From assembly GCF_964194155.1 (NCBI RefSeq), contig NC_135901.1, positions 37,634,001 through 37,698,000 on the forward strand: a stretch of 64,000 nt of DNA, in the 5' to 3' direction. Positions 11,779 through 26,132 of the stretch are shown here, in pieces (the first letter of the stretch is position 1; every line of letters starts with the position of its first letter). The DNA comes from Cetorhinus maximus (lineage: Eukaryota). Made by a program: the position numbers and the translations under genes. Below the pieces are notes generated by a model. It had not been told where the DNA came from. It was given only the letters and a program-made list of their open reading frames with translations, and ran no database searches.

Positions 11779-12979
11779 AGAAACTAGAATTAGAGAAATG
11801 GTGAGTTTTTAGAATCAGATTGATACAGCTCTTAAGGAGGCCATTCAGCCCATCATGTCTGTGTTGGCTCCACTTCCTTGCCCTTTCCCTCAGGTGTGCA
11901 AAATTTTCCAATTGAAGAATTTATCAGTTTTGAAAGTGATGATTGAATTTGCTTACACCACCGTTTCATGTATTGAATTCCAGATCATAAGAAATCAATG
12001 CAGAATGATAGATCTCATGTCATATCTTCTAATGTTGCCAATTGCCTTAAGCTTGAGCTGCCTCCTTACCAATCCCTCTGGCACTGGAAACAGTCTCTCC
12101 TTTTTAAGAGTTGGAGACTGGCAGAAGTTCATGGAGACAGGGGTGGGCGAGGTAGTGGAGAGAATTGAACAGAAGAATAAGAATTTTAAAAGCTTCAGCC
12201 GACAGACACCACCCCCAGTGCACAGTGTACTTCACAACTAACAGAACAGATGCCCTTTTAAACAATGAATGTGCAGAAGGGTGAGAGTTTGTTCATCTAA
12301 ATATCACAAATGGATGCAGAGTGAGGGGAAATCAATCTCGGTATCTTTAATTAACAGCAACATGGAAAAAGGGCAATGAATGATCTTTAAAAACCTGATC
12401 CACTTGGTACTGAAGTGTTCGAAACTCATAATGGGAACTCGAGAAAAAACAAAATACTGACAAATATTGAACTGATTTATTAATAAAAGAAATCTCGAGT
12501 TAATTTTGAAAAGATAAATTTCTTCACCAGGGGTTCAGACTGACTCACTTGATTGGTCAACTCAGGTCCATCCCTCCAGACCCGCGATTTGTTCCAGAAC
12601 TCGCTGCTCCCTTGGTCCGCCAGCCTCTGAGCTTCTCTTCCTGTCGGTTTGCATTACAATCTAACATCTCTCAGCAACAACTGTCATATCGAGCTCAGGG
12701 ATTGGGAGGAAGAAAAGAATTGAGACAATGAACCTGAGTTAGGAAAATGTAAAGAGATAAAAATGACGTTTTTTTAAAAGAAACCCACTCTAATATAATC
12801 AAATGAATAATCACGATTAATATATTCATTTTGTGAGAGACCAGGAGGGAGCGGGAGTGGATAATGTTCACTGCTTTATACCATTCTGCTTTTCTGCGAT
12901 TATGACCCATGAATTTCCTCTACATATATCAAATTGTATAAGATAAATGGCAATCAACCTACGCAGAATATGCTGAGGG

Positions 12980-13660
12980 AATAACTACAGCCCAGCAGTA
13001 GAACCGCGCAGGTGCAGGAAAGCCCCCCACCCCCACCACACACCCCTCGCCTCCCCTGATGGCCAGCTGCATGCCCGGAGCATGTGTGGTTCAGCTTCAG
13101 GAAGATGAACGGTGGCGATCGCAGACTCAGTAACAGTGAATATATAATTATAAACACAAAATACTGCGGATGCTGGAAATGTGAAATATGTACAGTAATA
13201 CAGGCTCGAAACGTTAACTCTGTTTCTATCTCCACAGATGCTGCCAGACCTGCTGAGTTTTTCCAGAATTTCGTGCTTTCATATTATGTTATATGTTAGG
13301 AATAATTTTAAACGATTGAGGAGCTGCAATGGCGGGGGTTTTACCCAGCATTCCCCGCGATGCAAAATGTCCCCTATCCCCACAACATGGGGGACATGTG
13401 CGCGTGCGCAGTGCTCCGAGTGATGACGATGGTGAGACGCTTGTTTGTCGCTCGGCAGCCGGTAACAGGCAGGAGGAGGGGGACCCGGCGGGTGGGCGGA
13501 AAAGGTTCATTAACACCCATAAACCCCAATAAAATGCTGCAGCTCCCAAGCTTTTACCCGCGAGCAGGCCCAGGTTAGCGGCCGCCATCTTGTTCCAGCG
13601 GGGATCAGGGAGAATGTGCGGCCATCTTGGTGACGCAACAGAGTGGGCGGGGATTCATGG
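12980..13660. promoter_or_regulatory. CpG-island-like, possibly bidirectional promoter
   Basis: ACTACAGCCCAGCA and TTACCCAGCATTCC (ZNF143/THAP11-type), TGCGCGTGCGCA (NRF1-type), two GGCC(GCC)ATCTT (YY1-type) and a GGGCGGG box, upstream of the zinc-finger exon at 14.1 kb. Confidence 0.6.
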
Positions 13661-14199
13661 TCCCAGTGACCAGGGGAGAAATGATTGATTCAGCAAAATA
13701 CTGCGGATGCTGGAAACCTGACACAAAATCAAAAAATGCTGGAAAATTCATCAGGTCTGACAGCATCTATGGAGAGAAAGACAGAGTTAATGTTTAGAGT
13801 CCGTATGACTCTTCTTCAGAGAAATGATTGATTCTTTGATTTTATTCTCACTCTTCACACAGGGGCTGGAGAACTGAACCCAGCTACAGTAGAGAGAGGG
13901 AACAATCTCGGAGTAGAGGAAATAAATGGTTGAGATGGTGTGATGTGTTTGGATTTCAGCACAGGAGAAGCAACTGTTTGTGGGACAGCTTTGGGGGAGC
14001 AAAGGAGGAGAAATGTTGGATGAAAATTAGAATTGTTTGTTCAGAATGTATAGCCTGTGATGACTTTTGTAAACACATTTTACAGGGTAATTTGAAGGAG
14101 AGGATTTACAGACGGGAAACTCAAGCCAAACATGACATCCACATCTGACAGTCACTCGATTCATCAGGACCTGAATCAGCCTTTGAATGTGTAAGGAGA

Positions 14200-15189
<990 letters not shown>

Positions 15190-15234
15190 CTGCAGGTGTT
15201 GGATTCTGCTGTTAATCATGTCCAGGTTGATGGT

Positions 15235-15775
15235 CTGACAATATTATTACTGCCGCACCTTCATGACCTCCTCCTTCTCTGTTGGGAGGTAGGATCCATT
15301 CCATAGGACACGAGTAATGCAAAAATGATCACAATGTTCAAAAAGAAAGGTGACAGAGGAGATTGCCACAGCTACAGAGACATCTCACTCCTCAGCCTCA
15401 CAGGGATGACCTTCATGAGGGTCAGGTCAGGCTTGAAAGACTTCATCTACTTGCAGACCGAGTGTCTCCAGAAGAGCGGTGCAGTTTCTGTGCTGGCAGA
15501 TCTACAGTGGACATGATCTTCTCCATATGCCAGCTACAAGAAAAGTGTAGGGAACAGGATAAACCTCTTTGCCTTACTTTACTAGATCTCACTAAAGAAT
15601 TCAACTCTGTCACCAGGGCAGGACTGTAGAAGACATTAGAAAAACTTGACTGTCCACCAAAGCTGCTCAGTATCATCCACTCCTTTCATGACAACAGGCC
15701 GTGTACTGTACAGGTTCATGGCAGAATTTCTGACAGTTTCAGGATGAAGAATGAAGTGAAACAGACACCAACATT
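15235..15775 (+). mobile_element. RTE-clade LINE RT fragment
   Basis: KKGDRGDCHSYRDISLLS and GRSTVDMIFSICQLQEKCREQDKPL...DLTK motifs are characteristic of RTE/BovB-type RT. It truncates the zinc-finger 3' UTR. Confidence 0.88.
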
Positions 15776-15920
15776 GAAAACAAGAACCCACAACGAGACC
15801 TGATCAACACGAATAATAATAACTTCTGTCAGGGAGATAGAACAGGGAGATGTGACATTGAATGATGAGATAAATAATGAGATCTGTGCATTTAAAGTCG
15901 AGAAAGGGATTGGATTAAAT

Positions 15921-16520
15921 CAGTGCTTCCCAAAATTTTTCCCAATGTGACCCCATTTTAATGACTCAGCTTCATGTGACCCCAGATTGAAATTTGTTGA
16001 GGAGTGTGAGAATTGTTGAGCGGGGGGTGGGGGTGATTAGCAGATTATTAATGTGTTTGGACTCTGATTATCAATATACTAGCATCCTGATTATTAATCT
16101 TATCGGATCATGATTATTGACACAATTAGCAAATGACGATGATATAATTGGACCCTGATTATTGATTCAATAGGAATCTGATAGTTCATTGAAATAATTC
16201 TGATTATTAATGTATTTACATCCTGATTATTGCTGCAATAGGCAGCCTAATTGTTAATGCAGTTGGAATCATGTTATTAATGTAATTAGATGCTGATTAT
16301 TAATGTAAAAGGACTCTGATTATTAATGTAATAAGACACTGATTATTAATGTAATAAGACACTGATTATTAATGTAATATGATGCTGATTCTTTATGTAA
16401 TAGGTCACTGATTAATAATGTAATAGGACACTGACTATGAATGTAATCAGACACTGATTATTCGTGTCATTAGATCTTGATTATTAATATAATAGGACAC
16501 TGATTATACATGCAACTGGG
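15921..16520 (+). repeat. AT-rich 23-bp minisatellite preceded by a hAT-like terminal sequence
   Basis: Unit TGATTATTAATGTAATAAGACAC, about 20 diverged copies at 16040-16515. CAGTGCTTCCCAAA...GTGACCCC at 15921 resembles a hAT TIR; the partner TIR was not found. Confidence 0.75.
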
Positions 16521-17090
16521 TGTTGTTAGTATATATCTGAAAACTGATGTGGTGCTTTTGGATGATGTCACCAAGTGGCAGCATGTAGATGAGAAATAGG
16601 AGGGGCCAAGGATAGATCCTTGGGGGACACCAAGTACAAGGACTTTGGAGAGGAAGGGGAGGTTGGAGATGGGGCAGTAGTTTGCAAAGACAGTGGGGTC
16701 AAATTTGTTTTTATTAGGATGGTTGATGGTGATGGATTTAAAGGTGAGAGGGACAGTACCAAAAGAGAGGGAGAACCATTAACAATATGGAGAAGTTGGG
16801 TGATCCGCAGTTTAGTGGGAATAGGGTCAATGGAGCAGAAGCTGGGCCTCATCGACAAGATGAGCATTGAGAGGGCATGAGGGAGATGGGAGAGAAACTG
16901 GAGAAAGATGTGGTTCAGGGCTCGGACAAGGTGGATCTTTACACACAGTTTGTTGCGGTGGGTTAGTGGGAGGGAAGCAGCAGAGGCAGCTGATCGGATT
17001 GTCTCAATCCTAGTGACAAAGAAGCTCCATGAGCTCCTCACACTTATTGTTGGAGGTGAGGATGGAGGAGACAGGGGAGAGGGAGAGGAC
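16520..17090 (-). mobile_element. L2 LINE fragment
   Basis: SFFVTRIETIRSAAS, CSIDPIPTKL and GPLLF-like region on the minus strand. Confidence 0.85.
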
Positions 17091-17292
17091 TTCAAAAGGA
17101 ACTTACTTGACTAAGAGATATCAAAAAGATTTGACACACAGTATATTTCATGTAAAACTGATTTATTTAACTGTTATCCAGCACATTAACCCCTTAAACT
17201 GGGCTGGAGTTTATTAACATCAGCAGGAACAGACCCCAATGAATATGGTTCAGCACTGGATGTGATTCACAGCAAAAACCCAATCACTGTAG

Positions 17293-17851
17293 TTACTTGT
17301 GAATCGTTGGAGTCTCGGTAGGTGGGATGAGGTAGTGAATCCTTTTTCACACATGGAGCAGGTGAATGGTCTCTCCCCAGAGTGAACTGGCTGGAGTCTC
17401 AGCAGGTGGGATGGTTGAGTGAATCCCTTCCCACACTCAAGAGTAGGTAAACGGTCTCTCCTGGTGTGAACACATTGATGGTTCCTCAGTTCCCTGTACG
17501 TTTATAACACTTCCCACAGTCTGGACATTTAACTGGTCTCTCTTCAGTGTTAGAATCTTGGTGGGGCATCATTTCCCCAGAACCTTTACAGCACTTCCCA
17601 CACTGAATGCAGGTGAACGGTCTCTCCCCAGTATGAACTCTCTGGTGTCTCAGCAGGAGAGATGAATGAGTGAATCCCTTCCCAAACTCAGAGCAGGTGA
17701 ATAGCCTCACCCCAGTGTGACTGTGTTGGTGAATTTCCAGCTGGGATGGGTAATTGTATCCTTTCCCACACTCCCTATATTTCAACAGTTTCTCCCCAGA
17801 GTGACTGCACTTGTGTCTCGACAGGCCAGATGATGGGCTGAAGCCGATCAA
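17293..17851 (-). pseudogene. 5'-truncated, frameshifted C2H2 zinc-finger copy
   Basis: [15 protein letters not shown]...[14 protein letters not shown] followed by a frameshift. It begins immediately after the 3' UTR of the neighbouring copy. Confidence 0.85.
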
Positions 17852-17986
17852 AGCTGATTTATTGACTTTTAGCCGGAATATTAAGGCCTATAACTGGGCT
17901 GGAGTTTATTAAAATCAGCAGAATCAGATCCCAATGCACACGGTTCAGTCCTGGATGTGATTAACAGCAAAATCCAATCACTGTCG

Positions 17987-18520
17987 TTACTCATGAACTT
18001 GCTGGTGTGTCAGCAGGGTGGAGGAATCAGTGAATCTCACCCCACACTGAGGGCAGGTGAACGGCCTCTGCCCAGTGTGAGTGCGCTGGTGTGCAGTGAG
18101 TTGAGATGACCACCTGAACCCAGTTCCACACTGAGAGCAGCTGAATGGCCTCTCGTCAGTGTGAACACGCTGATGGGACATCAGATCCCAGGAGCTTTTA
18201 TAGCACTTCCCACAGTCTGTGCATTTGAAAGGTCTCTCCCCAGTGTGAACTCGCTGGTGTTTCAGGAGTTTGGATGAATGAGTGAATCCCTTCCCACATT
18301 CTGAGCAGGTGAACGGTCTCTCCCCAGTGTGACTGCGGCGATGAGTTTCCAGCTCAGATGGGGTTCTGAATCCCTTCCCACACTCCCCACATTTCCACGG
18401 ACTCTCCCCAGTGTGACTGTGCTTGTGTCTCGACAGGCCAGATGATCGGCTGAAGCCTCGTCCACACACAGAACACGTGTACGGTTTCTCCCCACTGTGA
18501 ACGGTGCTTTTTCCTTCCAT
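17987..18520 (-). CDS. C2H2 zinc-finger protein, 6 fingers; intact ORF
   Basis: [16 protein letters not shown]... six canonical fingers. Acceptor TTTCACAG near 18630; shared 3' UTR with AATAAA. Confidence 0.9.
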   Translation of the reverse strand: MEGKSTVHSGEKPYTCSVCGRGFSRSSGLSRHKHSHTGESPWKCGECGKGFRTPSELETHRRSHTGERPFTCSECGKGFTHSSKLLKHQRVHTGERPFKCTDCGKCYKSSWDLMSHQRVHTDERPFSCSQCGTGFRWSSQLTAHQRTHTGQRPFTCPQCGVRFTDSSTLLTHQQVHE

Positions 18521-18859
18521 GTTCAAAATCCAATGATATTCTGGTTTTGATAAATTGGGCGACTCCGTCAGATCCTGATCTGATGTTTGGTTTCAGTTTC
18601 TCGACTGCAAATCCTCCCCTTCTAATACCCTGTGAAATTGATATAAAACAGAAAAAAGGGAGTGAGAGCGAACCCACAAAAACACAAAGGCAGATTGTGA
18701 AATTGAGCTGAATGAATCTGGGAATTTGTGGGGCCAGCACGAGGAAAAAGTGACCATGAAAACTGCTGGATTGTCATAAAAACCCAACTGGTTCACTAGC
18801 GTCCTTCAGGGAAGGGAACCTGCCACCCGGTCTGGGCCTACACAAGACTCTGGCCTCTC

Positions 18860-19910
18860 TAAGAACATAAAAATAGGAACAAGAGAAGTCCTAACACCCC
18901 GTCGAGCCTGCTCCACCATTCAATATGATTGTGGCTGATCTTGGGCTTCAATTCTACTTTCCCACCCACTCCCCGTATCCCTCAACTCCCTGAGAGACCA
19001 AAAATCTCTCCATCTCTGCCTGAAATATATTCAATGATGGAGCATCCACAACTTGCTGGGCTGGAGAATTCCAAATGACAGAGAGAGAGAAAAAGAGAGA
19101 GAAGAGTGGAAGAGACAGAGAGAGAAGGGTAGTAAACAAAGCACAGGATGTCAGTAAACAGAATTCGATCACATAGGATTGGGGTAATGTTTGTTATAGA
19201 TTGAGAATTGGTGAACAGACAGGGAACAGAGTTGGAATAAATGTCTCATTCTCAGGATGCAGGCTGTTACTTGTGGGGTACGGCAAGGCTCAGTGCTTGG
19301 CCCACAGCCATTCACAAACTATAGAAATGATTTGAAGGTACCCATTTAAGAAGCACCTAAATTTTCACATTCTCATCCTTGTTTTCCTCCATGGTTGTGA
19401 TCATTCCTATCTCTGTAACCTCCTCCAGCCTCACAACGCCGCCGGATGTCTGCGCTCCTCGAATTCCGACTTCTTGAGAATTCCTGATTTTAATCACTCC
19501 ATCACTGAATGCCATTCTGTCAGTTTCCAAGGCTCTGTAATTCCCTCCCTAAACCTCTCCGCCTCTCTACCTCATTTACATCCATTAAGATGCTCCTCCA
19601 AACCGACCTCTTTGACCAAACTATTGGTCACCTGCCCGAGTATCTCCTTATGTGGCTCAGGGTCAAACCTTGGTTTCTAACATTTCCGTGAAATGTCTCG
19701 GAAAACTGTATAACATTAAATATGCGATATAAATAGAAATTGTTGTTGTCGATTTGGACATATATCAATGTCCCTTCCTCATCGGTGCGTGAATAACCTG
19801 TAACTCCTTACCTGACAGCATTGTGGGAGCACCTTCACCACATGGACTGCAGTGGTTCAAGAAGGTCAAACATCATCTTCTCCACAGGCAACTGGCGATT
19901 GGCAATATAT
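18860..19910. mobile_element. Patchwork of CR1, L2 and CR1-group LINE fragments
   Basis: CR1 3' end (-) 18860-19070, CR1 RT piece (+) ~19170-19335, L2 3' end (+) ~19345-19750, LINE 3' tail (+) ~19790-19910. Confidence 0.65.
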
Positions 19911-21049
19911 GGTGGCATCTGTGGAGAATGAAACAGAGTTAATGATTCAGGGTGCGCAGAATGAATTACGGGGAATAAAAGTGCTGCAGAATTTGATGGT
20001 CAATATAAGCTCAGGAAGAGAAATGGACTATAGCGCAGGAAAAACAATTCCTATCTATGGAAGGGACTGGGGGAAGATAAAGCAGATAAGACAGCAGCAC
20101 ATGGTCGGGGGATGGACAGCAGTGGAAACCTCATTGAGACACAGTCGGTAGAAGTAACAGTAAAATCCTAAAGAGAGCTAAAATACACCCATTATTAGAG
20201 ACAGGGGAAGTTAAACAATGGCAGAGAGGTGACCAGGGAGGGCAGAGGTGAAACAGAGCAATGGATGGACATGGATTCAGATCCACAGTAAAGGAGTCAC
20301 ACCAGCCCCAGAGCCAGGAAACCCCTCACAGATACAGACCATAGAACTAAAAGCTCAAAGTTGTAGCTGAATGCTGAAAAATAGTCACCCCAAGAACAAT
20401 TCCACTGTTTTCAAATTTAAACTCTCCTGCTGGAGCCTGCAGCTGGAAAGATATCAGAAGCACTGGAGTCAGAGAAAAATCTCCCAGTTGAGGAAATAAC
20501 CGGGGAGCGGGGTGATGTCACCGTGTAATTGTCGATGTGTGATGATGTCACACACACGGACACAGAACATCTGGGTCTGTGCAAACCAGTGATCACCACA
20601 TATTATGAGGGATGTGAGGGAGCTGAGGTTTATGTGAGATAGTTAAAGAAAAACTGTTCCATTAACTGATCGTAGAAGGATTATGGGACACAGTTTAAAG
20701 ATTTTAGGCAAGATATACAGGGGGGACGTGAGGAAGAATTTTTACACACTGAGTGGTGTTAATGTTTAACTCAAGAGAGCGATAATATCCAGGTCCTGAT
20801 GAGTCGAGTGATTCTCACAGACTCTGATGTGATGCTTGGCTTGAGTTTCCCATCTGCAAAACTTCATCTTCTGGTATCCTGTAAAGGGAGTTTAAAAAAT
20901 CCATCATTGTCACTCCAGGGTAGAAATTGGGAAGGGACAAACATTTCTCTTGGTTTGAGTTTGCTGTGTGTAACTTCTCAATTTCTAACCCCCTGTAAAA
21001 GGAGTTTCCAAAATCCATCCCTGTCAGTCCAGGACAGAAATTCACAATT

Positions 21050-21460
21050 CTCTCCTTTTGCTACCTGAACCAAGATGGCCGCGCATGCGCCCTGCTGCAC
21101 ATTGACTCCTATAAAGATGGCGGCCGTTACCCCGGGCCTGGCGAAGGGACAAATCCGGACTTTTTCGGCCCGTTCTCTGCAAACACAAGACCGGAACCTT
21201 GTTATTTGGGGTCTGCGGCCTGCACTGTGTCTTTATGAAGCCTCCCAGCCCACACCGCTGGCTCCATTCCTCCTCACACACCCACTAACTCTGTTAGTTT
21301 GCTCCGCTCGACTTTCTCTCACCCGCTCTGAGCAGTTTCAGTCACAGACCAGCACTGCGCATGCTCATGAAACAGAACACAATGCGCATGTCCGGGGCGC
21401 TGTTGTGAGGATAGGGCACATTTTGTCCCGCAGCGAATGCTGGGTGAGCGCTCCGCCATT
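21050..21460 (-). promoter_or_regulatory. CpG-rich putative promoter (inverted paralog of 5420-5850)
   Basis: AAGATGGCCGC and AAGATGGCGGCCG (YY1-type), GCGCATGCGC (NRF1-type). Confidence 0.65.
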
Positions 21461-21774
21461 GAAATGTGAAAATGTGGAATCAACTATGTCCTATAATCAG
21501 AACACGATGGATACCGTCGAGTCATGATATAAAATTGTTCAATTGAATCAATTCATCCAGTGACCGAAGTGCTCTGGCATTCAACATAATTTTCTCCAGG
21601 ATGTAATGAACAGCAGAACAAACCCCTACAGTTAGATCTGAACTCAATGGAGTCCCAGCAGATGGGGTGAGGTTGTGATTCTTTTTCTCCCATACATGGT
21701 ACATTTAAGTCGTGTCTTGCCAGTAGCAGTGCTCTGGTTGTAGACCAAATCCTTTGAACTTTTAAAGTTGGAGT

Positions 21775-24097
21775 TTTTAGTATTCATTCATGGGATATGG
21801 GCTTCACTGGCTGGGCCAGCATTGATTGCCCATCCCTAGTTGCCCTTGAGAAGGTGGTGGTGAGCTGCCTTCTTGAACTGCTGCAGTCCATGTGGTGTAG
21901 GTATACCCTCAGTGCTGTTTGGAAGGGAGTTCCAGAATTTGAACCCAGCGACAGTGAAGGAATGGCAATAAATTTCCAAGTTGGGCTGGTGAGTGACTTG
22001 GAGGAGAACTTCCAGATGGTGGTGTTCCCATCTATCTGCTGCCCTTGTCCTTCTAGATGGTAGTGGGTTTGGAAGGTGCTGTTGAAGGCACCTTGCTGAA
22101 TTCCTGCAGTGCTTCTTGTAGATGATACACACTGCTGCTACTGTGCGTCGGTGGTGGAGGGAGTGAATGTTTGTGGATGTAGTGCCAATCAAGAGGGCTG
22201 CTTTGTCCCGGACGTTGTCAAGCTTCTTGAGTGTTGTGGGAGCTGCACTCATCCAGGCAAGTGGCGATTATTCCATCACACTCCTGATTTGTGCCTTGAA
22301 GATGGTGGACAGGCTTTGGGGAGTGAGGAGATGTGTTTCTCGTCGCACAATTCCTAGCCCCTGACCTGCTCTTGTAGCCACAGTATTTATATGGCTAGTC
22401 CAGTTCAGTCTCTGGTCAAAGGTAATCCTCAGGATGTTGGCAATGGAGGATCAGTGATGGTAATGCCATTGAACATCAAGGGCCATTGGATGGATTCTCT
22501 CTTGTTGGATTTGGCCATTGCCTGACACTTGTATAGTGTGAATGTTACTTGCCACTTGTCAGCCCAAGCCAGGATATTGTCCAAGTCTTGCTGCATTTGG
22601 CCATGGACTCCTGCAGTATATGAGGAGTCGTGAATGGTGCTGAACATCATGCATCATCAGTTATCATCCCCACTTCTGACCTTATGGTGGAAGGAAGGTC
22701 ATTGATGAAGCAGTTGAAGATGGTTGGGCCGAGGACACTACCCCAAGGAACTCCCTTGGTGATGTCCTGGAGCTGAGATGATTGACCTCCAACAACCACA
22801 ACCACCTTCCTTCGTGCTAGTTATGACTCTAGCCAGCAGAGAGTTTTCCACCGATTCCCATTGACTCCAGTTTTGCTACGGCTCCTTGATGCCAGACTCT
22901 GTCAAATGCGGCCTTGATGTCAAGGGCAATCACTCTCACCTCATCTCGAGGGTGCAGCTCTTTTGTCCATGTTTGATCCAAGGCTGTAATGAAGTCAAGA
23001 GCTGAGTGGCCCTGTCGGAATCCAAACTGGGCGCCAGTGAGCAGGGTATTGCTAAGCAAGTGCTGCTTGATAGAACTTAATGACCCCTTACATTACTTTA
23101 CTGATGATGGAGAGTAGACCGGTGGAGTGGTAATTGGCCGGGTTGGATTTGTCCTGCTTTTTGTGTACCAGACATACCTGGGCAATTTTCCACTGAGCCT
23201 GGTAGATGCCAGTGTTGTAGCTGTACTGAAACAGCTTGGCTAGGGGTGCAGCAATTTTGGAACACAAGTCTTCAGTACTATTGCCGGAATATTGTCAGGC
23301 CCCCATAGCTTTTGCAGTATCCAGTGCCTTCAGCCATTTCTTACTATTACGTGGAGTGAATCAAATCGGATGAAGACTGGCATCTGTGATACTGGAGACC
23401 TCGGGAGGAGGCCGAGATAAATCATCCACTCGGCACTTCTGGCTGAAGATTGTAGCAGATGCTTCAGCCTTATCTTTTGCACTGATGTGCTGGGCTCCTC
23501 CATCATTGAGGATAGGGATATTTGTGGATCCTCCTCCTCCAGTGAGTTGTTTAATTGTTCAGCACAATTTACGACTGGATATGGCAGGAATGCAGAGCTT
23601 AGATCTGATCCGTTGGTTGTGGGATTGCTTTGCTCTGTCTATCACTTGCTACTTATGCTGTTTGGAGCACACGTAATCCTGTTATAGCTTCACCAGGTTG
23701 ACACCTCGTTTTTAGGTGTGCCTGGTTCTGCTCCTAGCATCCCCTCCTGCACTTTTCATTGAACCAGGGTTGGACCCCTGGCTTGATGATAATGGCCGAG
23801 TGGGGGATATGCTGGACCATGAGGTTACAGATTGTGTTCAAGTACAATTCTGCTGCTGCTGATGGCCCACAGCGCCTCATGGAGGTCCAGCCTTGATTTG
23901 CTACATCTGTTCGAAATCTATCCCATTTTGTACAGTGGTAGTGCCACACAACACGATCGAGGGTATCTTCAATGTGAAGGCGAGACTTCATCTCCAGAAT
24001 GACTGTGCGGTGGCCACTCCTACTGATACTAACGTGGACAGATGCATCTGTGGCCGGCAGGTTTGTGAGGATGAGGTCAAGTATGTTTTTCCCTCTT
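21775..24097 (-). mobile_element. 5'-truncated CR1-group LINE with intact 3' end
   Basis: RT motifs QFGFRQGHS, LDIKAAFDRVWH; 3' tail CCCATGAATGAAT. The paralogous empty site GTTAAC|ACTCC at 5100-5110 defines the junctions. Confidence 0.92.
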
Positions 24098-25008
24098 GTT
24101 AACAGGTGGGAAAACTAAATAAACCCCTTTGCTCATGTAGAGTATCTGAATGGGCTTGCACCAGTGAGACTGTGTTGCTGTGTTTGTAACTGGAATGACA
24201 GAGTGAATCCCTTTCCATTTCCAGCTCGTGAATGATCTGTTTACAGTGTGAGTTTACCTGTACGGTTTCAGCTCAGACATGGATCTCAACCCCTTCTGCT
24301 AATGGGTTCCACATTCTTAGCACTAAACAGTTAAAGAAAAGCAAAATATTGCAGATGCTGGATATCTGAAAGAAAAACTGAAAATGCTGGAATTCTCAGC
24401 AGATCTAGTAGCTTCTGTGGAGAGAGAAAGTTTTCATTTCAGGTCTGTAACCTTTCATGAGAACTGCACTGCATCTGAAATGTTAATTATGCCTCTCAAT
24501 CCAAAGATGCTGCCAGATGTGGTCAGGGAACTCAAGATGAAAAAGAAAATCCCATTTGAGGAATGGAATCCGAGGAAAATGAAGGGTGAACTGTCCGACT
24601 GACCAGAGACAGTCAAGGCACCTTTCCCTTCTTTAAGATGCTGGAACATTGACTCTGATGTTATCTGTGAAATTAACTGATCTGAGGCATTGAAAGGATT
24701 CTCGTTACTGCACATCAGGAATTCAAAACTAATATCAGCTTCGGGACGATCAGAATACTTGGTAACAGACATGACAGCGAAAGGCTCGAAGGGAGACAGG
24801 CACCGTTGAAGGAGAGCTGGTTCCCGGTGACATGGATGTGTCTGCATTGGGTGAAATCAGACTGTTTCCATGTATCCACAATGAATGTCCCAAAGATTAT
24901 TTTGGAAGAGTAAATCTAACAGAACGATTGACATTTGGGTAGTGTCAGTTTGAAGATTTGGCTTACTCACACCCTGGTTGGGATACCTTACAGTTGGAAC
25001 TTGTCTCA

Positions 25009-25082
25009 CTTTATGTGGAACAATTGGTCAGCACATTTGCCTGTTGACTGAAAGGTTGATGGTTCGAAACCGTGTAGAGATG
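25009..25082 (+). tRNA. tRNA-Asn-derived pseudogene
   Basis: ...TGTGGAACAATTGGTCAGCACATTTGCCTGTTGACTGAAAGGTTGATGGTTCGAAACC... in the position paralogous to 3769-3842. Confidence 0.7.
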
Positions 25083-25329
25083 CACTTTTCACTGCCACCA
25101 TCCACCCCACCCCCTCCCCCCACCCCCAACCCCCCAATCAGCATTCATTGTCACACAGTTCTGTTGTCAATGGGTATTTGAGATACAAGAAAATATCCCC
25201 AAAATGTTGTCAGCTCTGCAGTTATCCAGTGAATTCCCACTTGAACACTTTTTAAAAATTAACTTTTCTGTCAAATATAATGTGAATAGATTTGGAATTA
25301 CTATGCCCCGTCATCTAACCCATTAGAAA

Positions 25330-25640
25330 TCCATGAAATTATTAGATTTAAACAAGCCCATCAATTATTCTCTCTTCCTCAGCTCCACGGTGAGTGAGAC
25401 AGGGAAAAGCAGAAAATCAGCAATATTCCGGCCCTGTACTCTCCACTCACCCGCTGCCAGCAGAAAGCAGCGACTGCAGCTTCAATCAGCGGGTTACTAC
25501 CCATCCCTGGGACACAAGACACTCCAACCCGGACCAAACGTCCCAATACACCGAGCACAGGCTCAGGAAAACACAGGTAGATTATATCCCGGTCACTAAA
25601 CCTCCGAGCAGCATTTACAGAATACCCAAGTGAGAGAGTC
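25330..25640 (+). repeat. Cassette block A, copy 2 (putative 247-nt exon 25383-25629)
   Basis: TCTCTCTTCCTCAG acceptor and GTGAGA donor; same spacing in the copy at 56548-56794. Confidence 0.75.
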
Positions 25641-26070
25641 ACAAATGAAGAAACACCAACTTTCTAAATCCTTTCACTGTAAAATTCCCCCATTTTATTG
25701 AAAATCTGACTATTGTGAATCTGAAAATGAGCACCATGGGATTTGTGTTACCGAGTGACTTGTTTTCCATTGTTTGTCCATCAGGTTTGCAATTCAAATT
25801 GTGTTGGATGTTGAAGCGAATCTGATATCAAAATGATGTCACAAAGCAGGTAAATATCAAACCCAGGAAAAATTCCTGAGGAAAATGGATCAAAATGCTT
25901 GGAAGGAGGTGTAGCTAAGAAGCAGAAGCTGTGAATGATGTTATTGACGATTGAGTGGAAAGCATTGGGTCCTTGGGCTTCTGGTGGTCAATTCCTTTCC
26001 CTCCCATTGCAGTCAGACAGTTATCTCACCTTGGTAAGAGATATGGGTATTGCATTTCTAAATTCGAAAT

Positions 26071-26132
26071 ACCTGACCTGCTTAGTTGGTAGAGCATGTG
26101 TCCCTTATTCTTTTTGAGCCCCATGTTGGGCG
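26071..26132 (+). tRNA. tRNA-Lys-derived pseudogene with internal deletion
   Basis: GCTTAGTTGGTAGAGCATG...CTTA...TTGAGCCCCATGTTGGGCG followed by a T5 run; paralog of 2714-2786. Confidence 0.7.
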
